DNA from: Williopsis jadinii
Lineage: Eukaryota
DNA: 64,000 nt
NCBI GenBank assembly: GCA_024346625.1
Contig: AP024664.1
Location: forward strand, 4,154,001 to 4,218,000
Direction of reading: 5' to 3'
In this document: positions 55,996-64,000 of the stretch, one piece after another
How the letters are laid out: each line of letters opens with the position of its first letter
Position numbering within the stretch: the first letter of the stretch is position 1
Made by a program: the position numbers and the translations under genes
The notes under the pieces: generated by a model
The model's input: only the letters and a program-made list of their open reading frames with translations
Database searches by the model: none
What the model was told of the DNA's origin: nothing

Positions 55996-58900
55996 ATGTA
56001 CTCGTTAAAGCTTGCTGGATCAGCATTACTTGCTGGTCAAGTGGCTCTTTCGCAGTCCGTCTTTACTCAAAAGTTTTTGGAGCCTTTTGTCAAGACCGAC
56101 GTTGTCGCCAATGATCAAGCGGCATTCCCTTACACTGTTTGTGAAGTCTCTCGTCAAACCCTCAACTTAGGCAAGGACAATTCCGTTTCTCTTACCAACT
56201 GGGTTGCTACAGATGACAATGACTACACCCTTTACATCCACACTCAATTGCTCAAGGGTACTATCAAGAGCACATCTCTTTACGACTCTTCTGAAGCTGG
56301 ATCCTTCTCTGGATTCTCCCAACTTGAGGATGGTGTCCTTTTCACTTATGAATCCATTAACCCAGCCAAGTTCTCTGATGATCTTGCACTCCAATTGATC
56401 ACTAAGACTGGTTCCTATGTTCTTTCTTCTGATTGTGAAGCACCAAACGCTGCTGCTCGTAAGGCTTTGAAAGCCGGTGCTATCTGTGTTCCTGTTCATA
56501 TCGCTGCCCCATCCGATGAATCTTGTTCTGTTGAAGGTGTTCAAGAAAGCTCTCTTTTGGTCCAAAACCACAAGAGATCCTTGTTCGCAAGAGCGGGTGA
56601 AGAAGCTGAAGAAACCTCCGAAGCGGTCACTGAGGAATTTACTGAGGAAACATTTGAAGAAACATCTGAAGAAACATCTGAGGAGACCTCCGAGGAGACA
56701 TCTGAAGAGTCCTCCGAAGAATCCTCTGAAGAAACATCTGAGGAGACCTCCGAGGAGACATCTGAAGAGTCCTCCGAAGAATCCTCTGAAGAATCCTCTG
56801 AAGAATCCTCTGAAGAATCATCCGAGGAGTCCTCTGAAGAGTCCTCCGAAGAATCATCTGAAGAGTCCTCCGAAGAATCATCCGAGGAGTCCTCTGAGGA
56901 GTCATCTGAGGAGTCCTCTGAAGAATCATCTGAAGAATCATCTGAAGAATCATCTGAAGAATCATCTGAAGAATCATCTGAGGAATCATCTGAAGAATCA
57001 TCTGAAGAATCATCTGAAAAGTCCTCCGAAGAATCCTCTGAAGAATCCTCTGAAGAATCCTCTGAAGAATCATCCGAGGAGTCCTCTGAAGAATCATCCG
57101 AGGAGTCCTCTGAAGAGTCCTCCGAAGAATCATCTGAAGAGTCCTCCGAAGAATCATCCGAGGAGTCCTCTGAGGAGTCATCTGAGGAGTCCTCTGAAGA
57201 ATCATCTGAAGAATCATCTGAGGAGACCTCCGAGGAGACATCTGAAGAGTCCTCCGAAGAATCCTCTGAAGAATCCTCTGAAGAATCCTCTGAAGAATCA
57301 TCCGAGGAGTCCTCTGAAGAGTCCTCCGAAGAATCATCTGAAGAGTCCTCCGAAGAATCATCCGAGGAGTCCTCTGAGGAGTCATCTGAGGAGTCCTCTG
57401 AAGAATCATCTGAAGAATCATCTGAGGAGAATCCTGAAGAGAGGAGACATCTGAAGAGTCCTCCGAAGAGATTCCTCTGAAGAATCCTCTGAAGAAGAGA
57501 CCTCTGAGGAGACTTCTGCTGAATCATCTGCTGAATCATCTGAGGAGACCTCCGAGGAGACTTCTGAAGAGACTTCTGCTGAATCATCTGAGGAGACCTC
57601 TGAGGAGACTTCTGAAGAGACCTCTGAGGAATCATCTGAGGAATCATCTGAAGAGACCTCTGAGGAGACTTCTGCTGAATCATCTGCTGAATCATCTGAG
57701 GAGACCTCCGAGGAGACTTCTGAAGAGACTTCTGCTGAATCATCTGAGGAGACCTCTGAGGAGACTTCTGAAGAGACCTCTGAGGAATCATCTGAGGAAT
57801 CATCTGAAGAGACCTCTGAGGAGACTTCTGCTGAATCATCTGCTGAATCATCTGAGGAGACCTCCGAGGAGACTTCTGAAGAGACTTCTGCTGAATCATC
57901 TGAGGAGACCTCTGAGGAGACTTCTGAAGAGACCTCTGAGGAATCATCTGAGGAATCATCTGAAGAGACCTCTGAGGAGACTTCTGCTGAATCATCTGCT
58001 GAATCATCTGAGGAGACCTCCGAGGAGACTTCTGAAGAGACTTCTGCTGAATCATCTGAGGAGACCTCTGCTGAAACCTCTGAGGAGACCTCCGCTGAAT
58101 CATCTGAGGAGACCTCTGCTGAAACCTCTGAGGAGACCTCCGCTGAATCATCTGAGGAGACCTCTGCTGAATCATCTGAGGAGACCTCTGCTGAAACCTC
58201 TGAGGAGACCTCCGCTGAATCATCTGAGGAGACCTCCGCTGAATCATCTGAGGAGACCTCTGCTGAAACCTCTGAGGAAACCTCCGCTGAAACCTCTGAA
58301 GAGACCTCCGCTGAAACCTCTGAGGAGACCTCTGCTGAAACCTCTGAAGAGACCTCTGCTGAAACCTCTGCTGAAACCTCTGAAGAGACCCCTGCTGAAA
58401 CCTCTGAGGAGACCTCCGCTGAGCCAACTACCGAGTCTATCTCTGAATCTACTTCCGAATCTTCTTCTGAATCCTCCTCTGAGTCCGCTCTGCCAACTGA
58501 GCCTGTAATTGGTGGTGAATTCGACCCAGAAAGCGGTGTCGCCATCTGGAATGTTGAGATTCCTGGTAATGTTGGTCCATGGGAGTCTGTTGAAGTTAGT
58601 ATTACAAAGGATGCTGCCACTGGTGAGACTTTCGACTTTACATCTGCAACTGTGTACCTTAACGGTCAAACCTACCCATCTGCTGAGGTCACTGTTTCTG
58701 AAGATCTCATTAGTATTACTATCTCAGAGGCAATTGGACTGGAAGACTTGATCACTATCTCTTTCAATGGTGATACATTCAGTGGATATGAATGGACTGC
58801 CCTTGCCAATGTTCGTATTACGATTCCAGATGAGAGACTTGTCAAGAGAGCTGTCATTGAGTACAGCTTGTCATTGACTGTTGTTAACGAGGCTGCAGTT

Positions 58901-60466
58901 CCAGCTTCCTCCTCTGAAGAGTCATCTGAAGAGTCTTCTGCTGAATCCTCTGCTGAATCCTCTGAGGAGTCCTCTGAAGAATCCTCTGCTGAATCCTCTG
59001 AGGAGTCCTCTGCTGAATCCTCTGAGGAGTCCTCTGCTGAATCCTCTGAGGAGTCCTCTGCTGAATCCTCTGAGGAGTCTTCTGAAGAATCCTCTGCTGA
59101 ATCCTCTGCTGAATCCTCTGCTGAATCCTCTGAGGAGTCCTCTGAAGAATCCTCTGCTGAATCCTCTGAGGAGTCCTCTGCTGAATCCTCTGAGGAGTCC
59201 TCTGCTGAATCCTCTGAGGAGTCTTCTGAAGAATCCTCTGCTGAATCCTCTGCTGAATCCTCTGAGGAGTCCTCTGAAGAATCCTCTGCTGAATCCTCTG
59301 AGGAGTCCTCTGCTGAATCCTCTGCTGAATCCTCTGAGGAGTCTTCTGCTGAATCCTCTGAGGAGTCTTCTGCTGAATCCTCTGAGGAGTCTTCTGAAGA
59401 ATCCTCTGCTGAATCCTCTGAGGAGTCTTCTGAAGAATCCTCTGCTGAATCCTCTGAGGAGTCCTCTGAAGAATCCTCTGCTGAATCCTCTGAGCCTTCC
59501 ACTGAGACCACTTCCGAATCACCAGATATCACTTTAACCTCATCTACAGAGACAAGTACTGTCACTGCGGACAGCACTACACTTGTTACCATCACAAGCT
59601 GTAAGGATAACAAGTGCCATGAAACTGAGGCTCCAACTGGTGTCACTGTCGTTACTGAGACCATTTCTGGTATCGTTACTTCTTATACCACCTACTGTCC
59701 ATTGACATACCTCACCACCAAGACACACACCGAGAAGGTCGTTTGCGTTACCATCCCATGTGAAGTTTGTGAAGAGGGTGCCACAACTATCACCAAGACC
59801 ATTGAATGCGAGGGTGGGTGTTACGATGTTATTGTCACTGAGACAAAGACCATTGTTACTGCTACTGGTGGCTCAGTCATTACTACTGGTGTTGCCAAGA
59901 CGTACGGTACTGGTGCCGAGGCCACTGTTACAACTGTGACTGTTGTTAGCACTGTTGGTGGTTCACCTCTGACTACTGTTGCTGTTGAGAGCTACGGTGT
60001 TGCTGTTGATGAGGTTACTATCACCAAGTCCGAGACTGCTGAGATTGTTGTTAGTGGTACCACCTCTTACTCAGTTTCCGAGAAGGAAGAGATCACCAAG
60101 GTTACTGCCACTGTTACTTTAGAGGCTGCTGCTTCCACTGAATCTGGCAAATCTGGCGAGTCCGGATCTTCAACTACTTCTACTGAAGCTGGTTCTTCCG
60201 GATCTTCTGAAGCTGGATCATCTGGGTCTTCTGAAGCTGGATCCTCTGGATCTTCTGAAGCTGGATCCTCTGGATCTTCTGAAGCTGGTTCATCTGGATC
60301 TTCTGAAGCTGGTTCATCTGGATCATCTGAAGCTGGTTCATCAGGATCTTCTACTGAAGCTGGTTCTGAGACCACAGCAAGTGTCACTTCATATGAAGGT
60401 GCAGCAGCCAAAAAGTCTGTGGTTTCAGCACTTTCTGCTCTTCTTTTTGCTGTCGCTTTGATCTGA
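55996..60466 (+). CDS. Large GPI-anchored cell-wall adhesin/flocculin (~1490 aa) interrupted by a net +1 frameshift at ~57430-57500
   Basis: In order: signal peptide; N-terminal domain with Flo11-like [12 protein letters not shown]; ([12 protein letters not shown])n blocks; a second beta-rich domain; flocculin type 3 repeat (TLVTITSC...YTTYCPL); SGSSEAGS repeats; YEGAA plus hydrophobic GPI signal. Confidence 0.88.
56630..58420 (+). repeat. Coding 12-bp minisatellite ([12 protein letters not shown]) with 156-bp higher-order repeats
   Basis: TCHTCYGARGAR units; the higher-order unit recurs at 57511, 57667, 57823. Confidence 0.95.
58905..59495 (+). repeat. Second coding 12-bp minisatellite (SSEE/SSAE)
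   Basis: TCCTCTGAGGAG / TCCTCTGCTGAA units. Confidence 0.95.
60180..60370 (+). repeat. Coding 24-bp repeat (EAGSSGSS) ~7 copies
   Basis: GAAGCTGGWTCHTCTGGATCTTCT units. Confidence 0.9.
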
Positions 60467-61536
60467 TTTCAAGGTCATTCACAACAAGTTGTTTCATTCT
60501 CCTTTGGACTCTTTCGCACACAATTTTTGATTTCGAAATTTGTCAAGGTTTCCAGCGTGTTTCCATCCCATTGGCTCTCATTTATTTTGCTTCTTCTTCC
60601 TATAGGTGGGTTTGAGACCCAGGATACGCGTTCTGATACATTTTCTGTACTTCATTAACCTATAATATATACGTTCATCATTTCCTTTTAGATTGCTTAT
60701 GAAGACCAAACACGTGTAAATAGAAGCCATGTTGATACATAGAGCATAAGGACACATGGACAAGCATCACTGTTATGCTTTTTGTTGATCAGATAAGCCA
60801 CTCTGAGTTGAAGTTTCACGCACATTTGCATTAGACCAATGGACAGTGGCTCCTTCCCAAATAGGAAGTGCTCCGGTGATCATTCAAAGTGGTGGCCAAG
60901 TCCAGTCCCTCCGTTTGGGACAAATGCCATGTGGGAACCAACATGAGGTCCAGAAGCTTAGGAGAACACAGAGGGAATTAGCACTCATAAAGCCCTCTTT
61001 CACACCTGAGTAATTGAACTCATGACTGCCAATATCAATATCTCCCACTTCAACTGTCCGGTTACCTCTGTAGGCCCATTATAACCGAGCAGAATTGCTC
61101 TTCAGGCCAGAGTGGAGAAACCACAGGCCAGGGACATGGGGACGAACTGGTGTCAAAAGCCAAATAAGTAGGCGAAGATTTTTATTCTGAGACCCAGAAG
61201 GACAGAGTGAGCACGACGACGGTAATCAGAAAGAGCGTGGCTCAAGTGAGAGAGACCTCGTTGCGCCTTACCAACCAGTGTAAACGCTGGTTCTCAGGGA
61301 AATCTAGTCCCGTTATTTAACTTCGGACAACGCGTCCCAAGTCCACAATGCACAGCTTCGTTATCCAGATGCCTCGCTGAGACGCTCAGATGCATATGTC
61401 CAGGACCAAATGGACAGTAAGCATGCTTACTCTTAGACTATAGCCTTAATACCGACACTTGAAACTTCCTTTAGCAGTGCTCGGAATATATCTTCGAACT
61501 AGCTGAGTAATAGAGGCTCTGGAAGTCAGCCCACTG

Positions 61537-62487
61537 TTGTGTACGCTGGACGAGACACAGGTGCCACTGTTGGAGACTAATGCAAGGGCCAAAGTTGAGG
61601 TGTCTTTCTCCAGAGATCTCCGACTTGGACAGACGCATGGAGTCTTTATAATTCAGCTGGTTATAAGACATGAACAGGTGGTTTTGGATGACACTGTGAC
61701 AGGACAAATAACAGATAGTTACGGAGCGAAAGATAGTGTGTACAACTGAACGTTTATTTAGATGCAAGTGGCACAAGTGCTGAAATGGAGGCGAGGGCTG
61801 AAATGAAGATGAGGTTTGTAAAGAGCTAATTGAAGAAAGGTCTACTCCGTGCAGAGAGAAGTATCCTGAAAACCAGAAGAGGAGACTCACGAACAGGGAG
61901 GTTCTGTGAGGTTAGCACCTGCTCTTCAGTCTGTTGATGCAAGATCAATATATCACATCCAAGAGCTCAAAATGGATTTCAATTGAGCTTGACGACTAGC
62001 ATGAAACGGATTCTCCCAGATGTTAGCTAAGCATAAGGAGGAGTGAACAGGAGTTCGTAGAGAATTGAGTTCAAACGGTATAGAAGATTTTGTCACACAG
62101 GCAGCTCTTACGACACCTGATTAACACTATCTCGAAAGTTATTTTGAGATAATAGAGAAGATTCGGCGTTCCTTCAAGAGCACGGTCGAACAACAGAAGT
62201 TTAGAGAGTTCATCTCTCATGGTGGTTTTGGTGGAGTTGCTGATGCTATCCAGGTGACTATGAATATTGCGGGAGAGAATCGCTCTTATAGGAGTGTACT
62301 GATGAGCGAATCGATGGAAATCTGTGCAAGAGTCTTTTTGTTCTTCCTTCTTTATTGTTCACCCTCATCACCTTGTGGTTTTCCCAAATCAACACTCGGT
62401 TTAACAATCAGAGATGAAATATCCTTATCAGTAGGTCTACACAATGGACCAGCTTTATGCTCAAGGATTAAATGCTCTTTTATTTGA
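61537..62487 (+). pseudogene. Possible decayed ORF of unknown origin
   Basis: Frame 62047-62487 has a single internal stop (TAA 62122-62124). The 61537-61749 fragment is in the same frame. Purine-rich, coding-like composition. Confidence 0.3.
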
Positions 62488-62537
62488 TGGAGTTTAACTG
62501 CATCTAACCAAGCCCACCGATTTCTCATTAATATTTG

Positions 62538-63470
62538 TTAAACCTCTAATAGTATATAGCCCATGTCCGTTTCATCGTCAGTGGTGTTGTAGACCACTTC
62601 ATTATCCTCCCATGCATCATGAAGTTCCACATGTTCCCTTGAAGCTTTCGATTCATTTTCATTGATCCCATAGAAGGGTACCTTTATACGCCTCTTCTCT
62701 CTATGTACTGTGGCTGTGGTGATTCCATTCAATTTACAGAACTCTTCAACGTCGATAACTGTGAGTTCACCCTCTGAATCTTCAATCTCAATTATCTCAT
62801 CCGGTTGTTCCTCCTTGTGGTCCAATAGAGGCAGTAGGCACTGACTAAGAGTGATTGCAGAGTCAAAATCATCCGTTTTGACAGCAGTTGGAGTTGTCCC
62901 ATTACACATCGATGAGTCCTGCAAATCCACGGGTGCTTGACTTGCAACTGACCATAACTGTATATTTCCGTCATCTTTGGTCATATCACCTTCACCAATC
63001 TCTTCCTTGATCACCCTACCGTCATTCGTTAATTCATCATTGTTCCCATAGTGACACTGTCCATTCAAATGGAGGCTAAACCTTACAGTCTGCCACTCTT
63101 TAGAATCGAAGACATTGTCATAGTCCCTCGACAAGGGCACATCGACGGAGTTCAACCCTTGTGTATGTATCATACGGTTGTACTTCTGTGGTTTACCACT
63201 CAATTTCAGAATCATCTGTTCTGTAACACTCAAATTGGCCTTTTTCCTTCTATTCGACGGCTTCTTCTTGGTGCCTTTCTTCTTACTCTCGGGTTTACTA
63301 ACCTCTAGAGCACCACTTGACAAAGATGAAGACGACAACGGTACCGGGGGAACATTCATAAACTTCTCCAGGAGAGTCTTCCTCTTCACCTTCAGCTCTT
63401 CCTCCATTTCAATATCATCTAGCCGTGACTGGATCTGAGTAGAGATGAAGATATCGTCCGAGCTCGACAT
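62538..63470 (-). CDS. SLX4: Slx4-like protein, N-terminal half only (310 aa)
   Basis: IFISTQIQSRLDD matches the yeast Slx4 motif. FDSKEW and LWSVASQ resemble Slx4 of other yeasts. No SAP or C-terminal Slx1-binding domain is visible. Confidence 0.7.
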   Translation of the reverse strand: MSSSDDIFISTQIQSRLDDIEMEEELKVKRKTLLEKFMNVPPVPLSSSSLSSGALEVSKPESKKKGTKKKPSNRRKKANLSVTEQMILKLSGKPQKYNRMIHTQGLNSVDVPLSRDYDNVFDSKEWQTVRFSLHLNGQCHYGNNDELTNDGRVIKEEIGEGDMTKDDGNIQLWSVASQAPVDLQDSSMCNGTTPTAVKTDDFDSAITLSQCLLPLLDHKEEQPDEIIEIEDSEGELTVIDVEEFCKLNGITTATVHREKRRIKVPFYGINENESKASREHVELHDAWEDNEVVYNTTDDETDMGYILLEV

Positions 63471-63698
63471 TGTTGTTACTTCACACCGTGCTGATATCTC
63501 ACAATATCACACAATCAGAGCATATGGCATCCAACCCCTGTAGGTGTTCATGAGAAGAAATGAACAGTTGAAGATGATGTTTGACTTTGTTTACGTACTT
63601 TTCTCTCTATTTTGGAGGAGCTAAAACGTCACGTGTGGTATCTATCCATATCACATGACACATTACATAATGATGACATAAATATTACATAATCACTG

Positions 63699-63753
63699 AC
63701 GCGAAAAAAAGAAATGCGTATAAACTTTTCGTGTTTTGGAAGTTTTCACGCGT
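63699..63753. promoter_or_regulatory. MCB/SCB G1/S elements in divergent promoter
   Basis: ACGCGAAA at 63699, TTTTCGTG at 63726, ACGCGT at 63748. Confidence 0.7.
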
Positions 63754-63824
63754 CGGTATCAAGCATCAACTTGTGGTGTTTTTCTCATATCCGGGTTGAA
63801 AGAGTTAGTAAAGGTATCCAATTC

Positions 63825-64000
63825 ATGAAGGAAGAAGTTGTCGAGATGAATGATAACGAGTCCGTTGAGCTTTTGAAGATCCAAGAACTAGGAAATACAT
63901 CTGAAATTACTGTGGTTAGCGTTGATGATGATGATACATCATTGCCCGTTCCAGCACAAACTTCTGAGAGGAAGCTGACCCCCAAACAGCTCGAGAAGCT
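63825..64000 (+). CDS. 5' end of a gene running off the window; possibly CAF-1 large subunit (Rlf2/Cac1-like)
   Basis: MKEEVVEMND...RKLTPKQLEK is open to the window end and has an MCB promoter. The product guess is weak. Confidence 0.5.
   Translation, partial: MKEEVVEMNDNESVELLKIQELGNTSEITVVSVDDDDTSLPVPAQTSERKLTPKQLEK

Noticed and set aside
56477..59664. Long alternative-frame and antisense ORFs (LKNHLKN, QRSPQ, DSSED)
   Set aside because: By-products of stop-free 12-bp repeats in the adhesin.
63628..63760. Point centromere (GTCACGTG CDEI followed by AT-rich DNA)
   Set aside because: No CDEIII CCGAA at the proper distance and AT content is not extreme. It is better explained as a Cbf1 site in an MCB-containing promoter.

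Overview
Eukaryotic DNA from a budding yeast (Saccharomycotina) using the standard genetic code: CTG encodes the conserved Leu of Top3 MKVLCVAEK. It appears to pre-date the whole-genome duplication (single EST1/EBS1 and VPS64/FAR10 genes). A molybdopterin-synthase small subunit and short GTATGT/TACTAAC introns suggest a nitrate-assimilating, Cyberlindnera/Wickerhamomyces-like yeast (inference). The backbone interleaves orthologues of the S. cerevisiae chrXII YLR231-242 and chrIV YDR192-207 blocks (ARV1, NUP42, TOP3, EST1/EBS1, UME6, BNA5, VPS34, CSC1, MSS116, CBS2, RKM2, LIP2, VPS64/FAR10). Other recognisable genes are SEC3 (partial), GPP, ICL2, IPT1, SNF11, PPT1 and a tRNA-Lys(CUU). Accessory content has four parts. 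(1) An ~8.3-kb island between VPS34 and CSC1 with a divergent copper-fist protein, the tRNA, a GNAT, a 10-copy 155-bp minisatellite with a nested 13-bp VNTR, and a heptamer fold-back element. (2) A type II FMO/epimerase pair and a catalytically altered COMT-like gene. (3) A ~6-kb gene-free region preceding a ~1490-aa, extremely acidic, frameshifted GPI adhesin. (4) An SLX4 homologue lacking its C-terminal SAP/Slx1-binding half. All family calls come from remembered motifs and gene order, not database searches.
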